Of a stretch of DNA of 49,567 nt, positions 17,958-28,253 are shown piece by piece. Where the stretch lies: the IMG/VR virus record IMGVR_UViG_3300020045_012053, positions 1-49,567 of that record; one strand, written 5' to 3'. Positions within the stretch are counted from its first letter, which is position 1; each line of letters starts with the position of its first letter. A model generated the notes under the pieces. The model made no database searches, had not been told where the DNA came from, and saw only the letters and a program-made list of their open reading frames with translations. This DNA is from a virus. Its lineage: Duplodnaviria; Caudoviricetes. A program made the translations under genes and the position numbers.

Positions 17958-18142
17958 ATTTTCCGAATGAGACTTCAGTTCTCAATATGATTAAAACCGT
18001 TGCAAGGAGTTTTAAATGGGCTTCTCCTGAGGTTTTAAAAAATATGTATTGTGACAAAGAAGACTTTGAAGGAATCGTTTTTTGGTATGAAGATGTCGAA
18101 GAACAGCACGCAGAAATTGAATCAAAAAAAAATAAAAAGTAA
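17951..18142 (+). CDS. -1 frameshift extension of the tail chaperone (T/gpE'-like)
   Basis: -1 frame FVNFPNETSVLNMIKTVARSFKWASPEVLKNMYCDKEDFEGIVFWYEDVEEQHAEIESKKNKK* ends in TAATG overlapping the TMP start; T7 run at 17947-17953. Confidence 0.8.
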   Translation, partial: FVNFPNETSVLNMIKTVARSFKWASPEVLKNMYCDKEDFEGIVFWYEDVEEQHAEIESKKNKK

Positions 18143-20109
18143 TGGCCGCAACCTTAAAAATCCCCACTATATTTACAGCAGTTGACAAAATCTCTTCTGT
18201 GGTTAGAAATATGGGTAAAAACGTTCAAGGCTTTGCTAATAAAATGGAATCCGGAATAGGAGCTGGAAACCGAATTTTTAGAAAATTAACTCCATCAATA
18301 GGAGAGGCTGGTAAACAATTACTTTCATTTGTTTCTGCTGCTGCTATTGCTGGAGCTATGATTTCCGGACTTACTTTTTCTACTGACTCTTTAATGGAAT
18401 ACGAAACAGCAGTAAAATCATTCCGGACTATTGTGTCCGATTTGCCTGATGCTGATTTTTCTAAATACGAAAAATCAATCGGAGGAGTAGCTAAGAAGAC
18501 AAAAATGAGCACAATTGATGTCGCAAAATCTTACGAAAAAATAGCTGGACTAAATTCAAGTTTTGCTAAAACTTCGGAAGGACTTGCAAAAGTTTCCGAA
18601 GCCGCTATTACTTTATCAAAAGCATCCGGAGATGATTTAGGCGTTTCTGCCGAAAACTTAGTTGGGATTATGAACCAATACAGTATGGGCGCTAATGAAG
18701 CAAATAAAGCGATTAACATTCTTGCAGCAGGACAAGCAGTAGGAGCTTCTTCAATCACACAATCCGCAGAGGCTTATAAAAATTACGGTTCGGTAGCAAA
18801 AAGCGCAAACATCACATTAGAAGAATCTCAAGGAATTATTCAAACTTTAGCGAAGTTTAATATAATGGGTGCCGAAGCAGGAACTAAAGCAAGAGGAGTT
18901 ACTTTACAGTTGCAAAAAGCCGGATTAGGATACAGCAAAGGACTCTTTAACCAAGCAGAAGCATTAACAACGTTAAGCGGTAAATTAGGTAAATTAAAAA
19001 CAGCAAAAGAAAAAGATGCTTTAATAACTAAAGTTTTTGGAGCGGAAAACATTACTGCTGGAAAAATTTTATTAGGAAATCAATTGCTTACTCAGCAATA
19101 CACTAAAGGAGTAACAGGAACAAGTGAAGCGTCGAAAGCAGCAGCTATAAATTCAGACACGATGTCTAATGCTATTAAAGAAGCTAAAAATTCTTGGGTT
19201 AATATGATAACTACAAGCGACAAAGCAAAATCCGGAATGGAAAGCGCAAAGAACGTGATGAAGTTTGTTGCCGAAAATATGAGCGAAATTGTTTCAGTTG
19301 GAACAAAAGTATTGATATTTTTCGCTGCTTTCAAAGCGTTGTTATTAGGTGCTTCTGCTGTCATGGCTGGTTATAATATTGTTTTAGGAATTCAAGGAGC
19401 ACTTTCCGGAGCTGCTTCAATAGCAATTGGACAAAGTACTATCGCATTAACAGCATATAAGATCGCGACTGGAGTTGTTACTGCTTGGCAATGGTTGCAG
19501 GTAGCTTCGACATCCGCAGTGACATCAGCGCAATGGGCTTGGAATGCTGCAATGGCTGCCAATCCTATTGGATTAATAATCATTGCGGTAGGCGTGCTGA
19601 TTGGACTCGTAGCATTGATCATTTCAAAATGGGACTCTTGGGGTGCTGCTCTTTCTATTTTTCTTGGACCTCTTGGACTTGTTATTTCCTTGATTCAGTC
19701 ATTCAGAAGAAACTGGGATATGGTTGTAGCTGCTTTTCAAACTGGAGGAATTCTTGGAGGAATTAAAGCAATTGGACGAGTATTATTAGACGCTATTTTA
19801 ATGCCTGTTCAGCAGTTGTTAGAATTGCTTTCTAAGATTCCGGGACTTGGAGATTTAGCTGGAGCAGGTGCTAAAAAAATACTTGAAATTAGACAAAACC
19901 TTGGAGTAGATACAACGGACGGAAAAACTAAACCGACTTTAGAATCCCCTGATGTAGCACAATCAAGAGCAACTTCTGAATCAATCCAAACACAAAGGAA
20001 TACGATTGATATGAATGTAACGACAGGAACAGGAGCAGACGTTTCAACTAAGCAAAAAGGTCCTTTAAACATTCCTATTAAAGTAACACCTACAAATGGT
20101 CAAAGATAA
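18142..20109 (+). CDS. Tape measure protein (TP901-type core)
   Basis: Ala/Gly-rich helical protein; AEAGT..RG, FGAEN, W.W..A..ANPIGL motifs. Confidence 0.9.
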   Translation: MAATLKIPTIFTAVDKISSVVRNMGKNVQGFANKMESGIGAGNRIFRKLTPSIGEAGKQLLSFVSAAAIAGAMISGLTFSTDSLMEYETAVKSFRTIVSDLPDADFSKYEKSIGGVAKKTKMSTIDVAKSYEKIAGLNSSFAKTSEGLAKVSEAAITLSKASGDDLGVSAENLVGIMNQYSMGANEANKAINILAAGQAVGASSITQSAEAYKNYGSVAKSANITLEESQGIIQTLAKFNIMGAEAGTKARGVTLQLQKAGLGYSKGLFNQAEALTTLSGKLGKLKTAKEKDALITKVFGAENITAGKILLGNQLLTQQYTKGVTGTSEASKAAAINSDTMSNAIKEAKNSWVNMITTSDKAKSGMESAKNVMKFVAENMSEIVSVGTKVLIFFAAFKALLLGASAVMAGYNIVLGIQGALSGAASIAIGQSTIALTAYKIATGVVTAWQWLQVASTSAVTSAQWAWNAAMAANPIGLIIIAVGVLIGLVALIISKWDSWGAALSIFLGPLGLVISLIQSFRRNWDMVVAAFQTGGILGGIKAIGRVLLDAILMPVQQLLELLSKIPGLGDLAGAGAKKILEIRQNLGVDTTDGKTKPTLESPDVAQSRATSESIQTQRNTIDMNVTTGTGADVSTKQKGPLNIPIKVTPTNGQR

Positions 20110-20585
20110 TGAGCAAAGATATTCTTTTATACGAAACAGGTAACGGAGGAGACATGTTGATTTTAAACAACGACATCGCTCTCGTTGAAATTCTTTATCA
20201 GCAAGTTTACCTTTCTCTTTTTGGAGGAAACATCGAAGCAAGCACAAAAGGAAATGAATTACCCACTGAAATCAGACAAGATTGGTGGGGTAATTCATTG
20301 CAGTTTAGAGAAAAAAAGGAAAAACAATTCAATTCTCAAACTGAAAGGATTTTAAATACAACCGCGATGAATAGTGCTGGAAGAATTGAAGTAATTCGTG
20401 CAGTACAGGATGATTTAAAATATTTAAAAAACATTTCTGATATACAAATAAATGTTATAATTTTAGGACTTAATAAATTAAAAATCACAATTCTTTTAAA
20501 ATCTCCAAGTAATAAAGAAAATAAAATTCTTCAAATTATTTGGGACGATGCACGTTTAGAAGTAGTAATCGACAAACAGATATGA
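20109..20585 (+). CDS. Baseplate protein (Mu gp46-like)
   Basis: VYLSLFGG...WWGN...DDLKYL pattern. Confidence 0.75.
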   Translation: MSKDILLYETGNGGDMLILNNDIALVEILYQQVYLSLFGGNIEASTKGNELPTEIRQDWWGNSLQFREKKEKQFNSQTERILNTTAMNSAGRIEVIRAVQDDLKYLKNISDIQINVIILGLNKLKITILLKSPSNKENKILQIIWDDARLEVVIDKQI

Positions 20586-21763
20586 AACCAATTCCAACCA
20601 TAGAAGAACTATTTATTAATCTTGAACGCGACTTAAAAAATAAGTTAAATTTGCAAGATTCTGATTTGAAGTTTGTGACTGATGCGGTTTGTTCTGTTTT
20701 GGCAGCTCAAAACAAATTAATCTATTTGTATTTGATTGACGTTCAAAATAACTTATTTCCGGATACTGCTGACACGGCAGAAGATGGCGGTCAGTTAAAC
20801 AGAATGGGTGCTATTTATTTAAACAGGCAGCCAAAACCAGCAACTGACGGACGTTATATAATTCAATTAACTGGATTAATAAATTCTCAAATTAGAGCAG
20901 GATTAACTTTTAAATCAAACGAAGACAGTTTAAATCCAGGCAAATTATTTATCACAGACCCGTCTTATACTTTAGCAGGTGTTGACGATTTTATTGAAAT
21001 ACGTTCTTTGGATTCTGGAATCGGGTCCTCACTTGCTGTCGGTAATCAATTAACAATTACTGAGCCAGTTTTAGGCGTTGAAAAAACAGTTCAAATCACT
21101 GGAATAGTAAATTTACCAATAGAATCAGAGTCTATTGATACTTACAGAAAAGCAATAATCGACTCTATACAGATGGAGCCGCAAGGAGGAGCGCGAACAG
21201 ATTATAGGCTTTGGAGTTCTGATGCTCAAGGAGTAAGAACAGTTTATCCTTATGTAAAAGAAAATCAAGCAGGTGTGGTTCAAGTTTTTGTTGAAGCTAC
21301 TACAATTGACTCAACAGACGGAAAAGGAACTCCTACTCAATTTATTATGGACAATGTTAGAGATGTTATTGAGTTTGATCCGGACACAACTCTTGCAACA
21401 AACGACAGAGGCAGAAGACCAATTCAAGCAATAATTGAAGTTTTGCCTATAACGTTAAAACCAGTTGATATTGAAATATACGACATCGAACAAAATAGCG
21501 TATCAATTCAAGACTTAATCAGAACTAATCTAAACTTATATTTAGAAAACGTTCGTCCGTATATTGCAGGAGCTGACTTAACAAGAAACAAAAATGATAT
21601 TTTAAATTCTGCAAGGCTTCAAGGAGTTGTTTCAGACTCTCTTGGTAATACTAATTTCTTTATGGATTTCAAAATGTTTGTTGATGGACAGCAGGAAAAT
21701 TTATTTGTTCTTTCTCATTCAAATATACCATATTTACGAAACATCACATACTTGAATTCATAA
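20582..21763 (+). CDS. Baseplate J-like wedge protein (Mu gp47)
   Basis: FPDTAD, ES...YR, PQGGARTDY..W, GVVQVFV, RP motifs; start at ATG 20582. Confidence 0.88.
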   Translation: MKPIPTIEELFINLERDLKNKLNLQDSDLKFVTDAVCSVLAAQNKLIYLYLIDVQNNLFPDTADTAEDGGQLNRMGAIYLNRQPKPATDGRYIIQLTGLINSQIRAGLTFKSNEDSLNPGKLFITDPSYTLAGVDDFIEIRSLDSGIGSSLAVGNQLTITEPVLGVEKTVQITGIVNLPIESESIDTYRKAIIDSIQMEPQGGARTDYRLWSSDAQGVRTVYPYVKENQAGVVQVFVEATTIDSTDGKGTPTQFIMDNVRDVIEFDPDTTLATNDRGRRPIQAIIEVLPITLKPVDIEIYDIEQNSVSIQDLIRTNLNLYLENVRPYIAGADLTRNKNDILNSARLQGVVSDSLGNTNFFMDFKMFVDGQQENLFVLSHSNIPYLRNITYLNS

Positions 21764-22557
21764 TGTATCAAAAGACTAAAAATAGCACCCAACACGGAAT
21801 CGGAACACCACACGGCAGTAAAACTCCGCACAGGTATCCGACTAAAACAAGCGATGCTCAAGATTTATTAGGTTTAGTAAACCAGCTCTACCCAACCGGG
21901 CGAGCTTGGTATCTTCCGGAAAATGGAGTCTTTCAGAATTTTCATAAAGCAGTTAATACTTCTTTTTTAAGAATTGTTAATGACATATACAGCACAATTG
22001 ACAGCTCGATTCCAGACAACGAAAATTTCAGCGAAGAGGATTGTTTATTGTGGGAATATAAGTTAGGATTAAATTCTGGACAAGATTTAAGTTTAGACCA
22101 AAGAAGATTAATTATTGCAAAAAAGATTGGATTTCCTCAAAATATAAAAGCTCGTCAGGGTGTAAAATACATTCAAGAGCAGCTAAATCTTTACGGATTT
22201 AATGTAGGCGTTTATGAAAATATTTTTTATGATATTAACGGAAATCCTTATTATAAATCTCCTGCTGAAATAATAGCCTTGTCCGTAGCTACTACTCAGC
22301 ACGATGAAAACGTTCAACACGGAGAATCGACTCAACACGGGTCCGGAAATTTTGAAGTGATTGCAAATAGTTCTTATTCTGAAAGTTATAGTATTGGAGG
22401 AAATGAAAATTTATGGGCAACTTTTTTCATCGCAGGAATAAATGACCTCACGCAATCTGCTGCTATTCCTCAATCACGAGAAACAGCATTTCGCGAATTA
22501 GTTTTAAAACTCAAACCAGCTCATACAGTAGCATTCATATTTGTAAATTTTCAATAA
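21763..22557 (+). CDS. Baseplate protein (Mu gp48/YmfQ-like)
   Basis: LYPTGRAW, WEYKLGL, QRR and LKPAHT motifs. Confidence 0.82.
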   Translation: MYQKTKNSTQHGIGTPHGSKTPHRYPTKTSDAQDLLGLVNQLYPTGRAWYLPENGVFQNFHKAVNTSFLRIVNDIYSTIDSSIPDNENFSEEDCLLWEYKLGLNSGQDLSLDQRRLIIAKKIGFPQNIKARQGVKYIQEQLNLYGFNVGVYENIFYDINGNPYYKSPAEIIALSVATTQHDENVQHGESTQHGSGNFEVIANSSYSESYSIGGNENLWATFFIAGINDLTQSAAIPQSRETAFRELVLKLKPAHTVAFIFVNFQ

Positions 22558-22558
22558 A

Positions 22559-23608
22559 ATGGCAAGAAGTAAAGCAACCCAAACCAATATTGATGGAGCC
22601 GATTTAGGCAACTATCCAGACAAAAGAATTAGAAACAATGACGGGTCCGGTAATGGAACTCCAGTCACTGAAGCAGTTTACGGAGATATCCACGAATTTT
22701 TCGCAAGAATTATGCGACTTGCTGGAACGACTTATAACGGTCTTCCGGACAATGTTACAAACGGATACCAATTAGTCGATGCTTTTTCTTTTCTTGCAAA
22801 CAAAAATAATTTCATTTACAGTTTAAGTTCTGTTGGTGGAATTTTGAGTTTAAGTTTGAAATTATCTAAGCTAAAAGCGGACGAGTTTTTAATTTGCCAA
22901 GCATCTTCTAATTTAGGAGCCGAAACACAAATTAAAGGTTCCGATGCAGTTGTTTTTCCTATTGTTACCGAAGGAAATTTCAAAATAGGAGAATTTGTAA
23001 GAGTTATAAAAACCTTAGCAGGATTCACCTTGATTCGTTTAGCAGACGATATCAGTTTAGACTTAATGGCTACTGAATTACTATATTTAAAGAAAGCATT
23101 ATATGCTCAAGAAATAGCTGGAGTATTGGACACAGTAGCGACAAATCCGCTTTCTAATGCGTTGGCTTTTGTAGAGCGTGTAAATGGAGCCAGTAGTTCT
23201 GTTTCGTTAGCTAATTTATTAAGAAACGGACTTTATCCGAAAGAACATTTTGCTATTGTAGCAAATTTAGGAGTTAGTGATATAAAGAATAAAGGTTGGT
23301 TTTCCGGATTTGATATTTCTGGAAGCGATGGTGCGCTTCCAGTTAATGGAAATATTACCGCAGCCTTAGCTTCTATACCTTCCTCAGGAGATAGCTTTGT
23401 AACTGTAACTATGCAAAACGCAATGATTAACAATAATTATATCGTAAAAATTTACATACAAGGAGAGTCTTCAAATATTAATTTAGATAATGATATTTGC
23501 ACACCTGTATTCAAACCAATTTCAACAACTCAGTTTCAGTTAGGATTTAGAGAAATCGCAAGTCAAGTTCAGAATTTAAAAGTACATTTAGAAGTGGTGC
23601 AATTATAA
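22559..23608 (+). CDS. Tail fibre/baseplate-attached protein 1
   Basis: N-terminal GTPV...YGD.....DN..NGYQL anchor; follows the gp48-like gene. Confidence 0.7.
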   Translation: MARSKATQTNIDGADLGNYPDKRIRNNDGSGNGTPVTEAVYGDIHEFFARIMRLAGTTYNGLPDNVTNGYQLVDAFSFLANKNNFIYSLSSVGGILSLSLKLSKLKADEFLICQASSNLGAETQIKGSDAVVFPIVTEGNFKIGEFVRVIKTLAGFTLIRLADDISLDLMATELLYLKKALYAQEIAGVLDTVATNPLSNALAFVERVNGASSSVSLANLLRNGLYPKEHFAIVANLGVSDIKNKGWFSGFDISGSDGALPVNGNITAALASIPSSGDSFVTVTMQNAMINNNYIVKIYIQGESSNINLDNDICTPVFKPISTTQFQLGFREIASQVQNLKVHLEVVQL

Positions 23609-23619
23609 AAATAAAAGAA

Positions 23620-24792
23620 ATGAGAACGATAAAAGAACAAAATATTCCACAGGAAACAGATTACGATAAATTTCCAGATAGCACAATAAAAAACGAAACT
23701 GAAACCGAACAAGGAACTCCAGTTGTTCGTGAAATTTACGGAGATTTGTTGACTAATATTTACGCTTTTTTGCGTGAAAGAGGTATAAATCCAAATCAAC
23801 TGGAAGATAATCAGTTAAACGGATATCAATTAATTCAAGCACTTAAAAGAAATGTTAACGAATTAAATGACGAAGAAAAGATTTTGTCTCTCGATGGACT
23901 AAACTGGACGATTTCTCTGGACTTGTCCATAATCCCAGATAAATATTTTCAATTTGTTAGAGTTACTGAAAATTTAAACGATACTTTAGTTTATCAGTTT
24001 AAAGGTTCTGGAGTCGATTTATTGCCTTTCGTAATCTCTTCTTCTTTTAAAACAGGAGACGAATTATTACTAATTATAGATCAGTCCGGAGTGAGATACT
24101 ATAATTTATCAGCATCTTCTCAGCAAGGTTTAGACTCTGTTTTTACAGTTTTCGGAACTCCTTTAGCTTTTAACGATTCTTTAGATAAAATTTGGTACGA
24201 AGAACAAGGGTCTTTTTTTAACGACCTTCCTGAGTCAAAAAATATACAAGGTATTATTCGTTCTTTTTTGTCAGATGCTACTGTTTTAATTTACGATAGT
24301 TTTTCATATAAAGAAAATATTTTTTGTGTTTCTTTTAGCGTTTCTGATTTGACTTATAAATTGTGGAAATTTTCTTATAGTGATTTGAATGCTCCGGTTC
24401 TTATAAATACAGTTGGATTCGTTTTTGGATCAGCTACGAATTTCGAAATGCACACCTATTTTGATGGAGAATTTTTGTACTTCACAAATGCTGCAAATAA
24501 TAACATTTTGGACAATCTAATTTATAAATGTTCGTTGGATTCGACAAGCAATTCAGCAGCGTTAATTTCTCAATTCTCATTAGACCTGTCTTTTTTAAAA
24601 TCAACTAATACCGTTGTTAATTCTAATGGATTTGTATCCTTGATTAACGGAGTTTTAAAATCTTTTGATTTTATAGGAGGTATTGCTATTTTAGGTAATT
24701 TCAACTCCTTTATTGGAAATATTTTTAAGATCAAATCAAACATATATTACTCAAATGGAGAAGTAGCAAAAAAATGGTTAATAAATAATTAA
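23620..24792 (+). CDS. Tail fibre/receptor-binding protein 2
   Basis: Same N-terminal anchor as the preceding gene; beta-rich (propeller-like) C-terminus. Confidence 0.65.
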   Translation: MRTIKEQNIPQETDYDKFPDSTIKNETETEQGTPVVREIYGDLLTNIYAFLRERGINPNQLEDNQLNGYQLIQALKRNVNELNDEEKILSLDGLNWTISLDLSIIPDKYFQFVRVTENLNDTLVYQFKGSGVDLLPFVISSSFKTGDELLLIIDQSGVRYYNLSASSQQGLDSVFTVFGTPLAFNDSLDKIWYEEQGSFFNDLPESKNIQGIIRSFLSDATVLIYDSFSYKENIFCVSFSVSDLTYKLWKFSYSDLNAPVLINTVGFVFGSATNFEMHTYFDGEFLYFTNAANNNILDNLIYKCSLDSTSNSAALISQFSLDLSFLKSTNTVVNSNGFVSLINGVLKSFDFIGGIAILGNFNSFIGNIFKIKSNIYYSNGEVAKKWLINN

Positions 24793-24793
24793 A

Positions 24794-25450
24794 ATGAGAT
24801 TAGACGTTAATACAGCAGCCGTGATAAAATTCACTGACAAATTGGAACAGATTTCAAGGTCTGCTTTGCCAGTTGCTGTTAGATTGACGCTCACTTCTGC
24901 TGCTTTTGAAACTAAAAGACTTGTCCCTATTGTTGCCTCCAGTAAATTTATTACAAGAAATAAAAGTTTTTTTCGTTCTTTAACCATTGTTAATAAGGCT
25001 GGAGGATGGGACATAAATTCAATGCAATCGGAAGTTGGTTTAAATAACACAAAAGACAAAGTCGTTTCCGGACTTGAAAGACAGGAATCAGGAGGAACTA
25101 TAAAAGGCAGAGGATTAATCGCGATGGATACCGCAAGGGTTTCAAAAAACCACAACAAGAAAATATCCGGAGCTAACCAGTTGCAAAATATTAAACTTTC
25201 CAATTCAAGAAGAAAAGGAACAGGTACTGGATTTGTAATGATTAAAAAAGGAAATAAAGGAACAATTTTTAAAACCAAATCCAATGGAGGTAAAAGAAAT
25301 TTAATACCTTTGTATTCCTTTTCAAAAGGTAGGCAAGTAAGCATCAAAAGAAGTCCTTTTATGGAGCCTGCTTCATTAAGAGCTCAACAAAGAATTCCTT
25401 TCTTGTTTATAAAAGAAGCGGAAAAACAAATTAAAAGACATTTGAAATGA
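24794..25450 (+). CDS. Basic neck/tail-completion protein (lambda gpZ-like)
   Basis: Highly basic; A...TL...AF and R.PFMEPA motifs. Confidence 0.55.
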   Translation: MRLDVNTAAVIKFTDKLEQISRSALPVAVRLTLTSAAFETKRLVPIVASSKFITRNKSFFRSLTIVNKAGGWDINSMQSEVGLNNTKDKVVSGLERQESGGTIKGRGLIAMDTARVSKNHNKKISGANQLQNIKLSNSRRKGTGTGFVMIKKGNKGTIFKTKSNGGKRNLIPLYSFSKGRQVSIKRSPFMEPASLRAQQRIPFLFIKEAEKQIKRHLK

Positions 25451-26670
25451 CTTGGAAAGATAAATTAGAAAATAGCGTTTTTTCGATTACAACTGGAGAC
25501 GGAAAAGTATTTAAACCGCTTTGGAAACCCGGCAGCAAATCAAAAGACTTTAACGGGTCTATTTTTGATTTTATAGAAGTCGAAGGTTCTTTTGTGGACA
25601 GAAAAAAAGCTAAATCAAATAAACATACTTTGTTGTTTTGGTTTCAAGGCGAAGACAATATTGAGCAAGCGGACTCTTTTGAAACTTCTGCAAATGATCC
25701 AAGAGCTTGGAGAATTGATCATCCTTTTTATGGCACTTTAAACGGACAACCTCTTTCTCTTGGAAGAGTTGATTCTAATTTAAACGTTACTGAAATAACC
25801 GTTGATTTTTGGGAAAGCATTACGGACCAGTTTCCGAAAAGAAGTGTTTCTTTAATTGATAGTTTACGAAATAAGGGACTTGTCCATTCCGATTCTTCTG
25901 CTCAAATATATGCTTCGAAAGTAAACTTGAAGCCTATTGATCAAGCTACTGTAAAACAAAATATTACGAATTTCAGTTTAAGATATGATTCGTTGTTAGA
26001 CGATTTAAACTATCCTCAATATCAATCAGCATTAAGCAAGGCATTTGAATCAGTAAATTCAATTATTACAGATCCATCTTCTGCAATAAGCGATGTTAAT
26101 ACTTTGATTGCTTTGCCAAGCGAGTTTTCAAAGAGCGTAAAAGATAGATTAAACCTTTTAACTGAAATATATAAAGACGCGAAAGAAACGCTTAAATTGT
26201 CTAACCGAAATAATAAATCTTACTTTGAAGCAACTGGAGGAGCTGTGATTTCTGCCGTGGCTAATACGCTTGTAACTCCTCTTTCAAACGACTACATTAC
26301 AAGAGTTCAAATTCAAAAGTTAACAGCGGATTTTATAGCCTTATATAATGATTATTTAAAAACACTCGATGCAGCTCAAATCTCAATAACGGATGCAAGC
26401 AATTCTTTTTCTATTGGATATCAATCTCAAGCAATTTTAAACAGCATCGTTATTGAAACTTTGTCTAATTTATATGCTTTAGCTTTTGACTCTAAACAAG
26501 AAAGAATCGTTTTAACGGACAGGGATACGAATTTAATTTTGCTTACTCATAAATATATGGGTCTTGACGTAAACGACGAAAATATTGATAGTTTTAGAAA
26601 AATCAATAACATAAAAAATAAGTCTTTATTTGTGATTAAAAAAGGACGACAAATCAAATACTTTGTATAA
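25447..26670 (+). CDS. Mu gpN-like (DNA circularisation/tube initiator) protein
   Basis: MTWKDKL, W.IDHPFYG, C-terminal LysM-like L.L.HKYMG...N.I..KG..I segment. Confidence 0.75.
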   Translation: MTWKDKLENSVFSITTGDGKVFKPLWKPGSKSKDFNGSIFDFIEVEGSFVDRKKAKSNKHTLLFWFQGEDNIEQADSFETSANDPRAWRIDHPFYGTLNGQPLSLGRVDSNLNVTEITVDFWESITDQFPKRSVSLIDSLRNKGLVHSDSSAQIYASKVNLKPIDQATVKQNITNFSLRYDSLLDDLNYPQYQSALSKAFESVNSIITDPSSAISDVNTLIALPSEFSKSVKDRLNLLTEIYKDAKETLKLSNRNNKSYFEATGGAVISAVANTLVTPLSNDYITRVQIQKLTADFIALYNDYLKTLDAAQISITDASNSFSIGYQSQAILNSIVIETLSNLYALAFDSKQERIVLTDRDTNLILLTHKYMGLDVNDENIDSFRKINNIKNKSLFVIKKGRQIKYFV

Positions 26671-27698
26671 TGAAAATTAAAATCAACAACGTCTTTTATA
26701 TTCACTTCAACGACTTTACATTGACAAGTCCATTGGACAGCGTTGCTTCGTCTTTTTCTTTTACAGTTCGTTACGACCCAAAAAATAAAGAACATCGCGA
26801 ATTGTTTCGTCCTTTAGCTTTTCACGGAGTGGAATTCTACAACGACAAAGGTCAAGTTTTCTTTACCGGAACGATAGTTTCTCATAATTTCAACTCAAAA
26901 GAATCTCCTGATTTAGTTCAATTGTCTGGATATTCGTTGCCGGGTATTTTGGAAGATTGTACAATACCATATTCAGCGTACCCTTTGGAAAGTTTAAGCA
27001 GCAGTTTGAAGGAAATTACCGAAAAAATACTGAAAAATTTTGGACTTGTTTTAAGAATTGATAGTTCAGTTGCAAAAGAAGTCAACACGCCATATAAGAA
27101 ATCAACAGCAAAACCCGAAGGAGTTGTCAAAGATTATTTAGCTAAATTAGCAGCTCAAAGGAACATAATTTTGTCTCACGATATTCACGGAAGACTTGTT
27201 TATTTTAGACCTGATCCGGATGCTAAGGCGATTAGATTTTACAACAAAGAGAACACGACAAGAATGGGTCTTGATATAAGTGGACAAGGAATGCATAGCG
27301 AATTGACTATTTTAAGGCAGCAGCCCGGCAAGGACAAGTCCAATGTTTCCGCTTCGGATACTATAAAAAATCAATTAGTAAAAAAGTACAGACCATCAGT
27401 TCAATTAATGACTTCGGGAGAAGAAACAGACACGAAAGCCGCTGTTGAAAATTACCTTGCCGACGAGTTGAAAAACATTAAACTCGACATTGACATTAAC
27501 AGATGGGACGGAATGATGACTGGAGATATAATTGAAGTTCAAAACGATGAAATCTTTATCCATAAAAAGACAAGATTTATGGTTGCCAGTACAACAATAA
27601 GCGAAAATTCAGACGGAAGAACGATGTCAATTAGTGCTGTATTGCCGGAGTCTTTTATTGGAAAAACACCTAAAAACATATTCGATGATATCAATTAG
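26670..27698 (+). CDS. Baseplate hub (Mu gp44/gpP-like)
   Basis: LSGYS..G.LEDC, FGL, DYL.KLA.QR...D..GRL motifs. Confidence 0.82.
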   Translation: MKIKINNVFYIHFNDFTLTSPLDSVASSFSFTVRYDPKNKEHRELFRPLAFHGVEFYNDKGQVFFTGTIVSHNFNSKESPDLVQLSGYSLPGILEDCTIPYSAYPLESLSSSLKEITEKILKNFGLVLRIDSSVAKEVNTPYKKSTAKPEGVVKDYLAKLAAQRNIILSHDIHGRLVYFRPDPDAKAIRFYNKENTTRMGLDISGQGMHSELTILRQQPGKDKSNVSASDTIKNQLVKKYRPSVQLMTSGEETDTKAAVENYLADELKNIKLDIDINRWDGMMTGDIIEVQNDEIFIHKKTRFMVASTTISENSDGRTMSISAVLPESFIGKTPKNIFDDIN

Positions 27699-28173
27699 TA
27701 AAATAAGCAGTTCTGTTATTGAAAAAGGATACAGGATATTAAAAGTTTTGGAGTTTGGCCCAAAGACAGCGGATGAATGTGCTCCATTTGGTGACGATTC
27801 TAATCCTTTAAAAGGAATGTCTGCTATATTCGCTGAAACAAGTGTAGAAGGAGAGCCAGTTATAATTGGTTACTTAAACGAAAATCAGTTAGCTGCGGCA
27901 GGTGAAAAAAGAATATACAGTCTGAAACCTGATGGAACTTTAAGTTCTTTTATTTGGCTTAATAATGATGGAAAAATCCAGTTAAATGGAAATACCGACA
28001 ACGCTGTTCGATATGCTAAATTAGAAGAGGCTATTGGTTTAATGGACACGTCCATAAATGCAGAACTTACAAAGATCGTAACTGCTATTTCAACTCTTGG
28101 CGGTTCTTATGCAATGGAACCAATTCAAACGGACATATCCGCTGCAAAAATAGATGATTTAAAAACTTCTTAG
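27685..28173 (+). CDS. Baseplate spike/assembly protein (Mu gp45-like)
   Basis: PFG..SNP..G, GEKRIYS, I.L..DG.I motifs; start at ATG 27685. Confidence 0.72.
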   Translation: MISISKISSSVIEKGYRILKVLEFGPKTADECAPFGDDSNPLKGMSAIFAETSVEGEPVIIGYLNENQLAAAGEKRIYSLKPDGTLSSFIWLNNDGKIQLNGNTDNAVRYAKLEEAIGLMDTSINAELTKIVTAISTLGGSYAMEPIQTDISAAKIDDLKTS

Positions 28174-28253
28174 CAAATGACAGTTTAATACGCTGCATAA
28201 TGTGTAAGAAGTTTTTAACCATCGTATTGTCATTAAGGTAAAAATCTTTTTAC

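Noticed and set aside
18225-20247. Many antisense and alternate-frame ORFs over TMP (likewise over terL, portal, sheath, MCP and 39523..40067)
   Set aside because: Shadow ORFs of strongly coding genes, caused by codon bias.
22559-24792. Invertible fibre cassette or diversity-generating retroelement
   Set aside because: No recombinase, reverse transcriptase, flanking inverted repeats or TR/VR pair seen.
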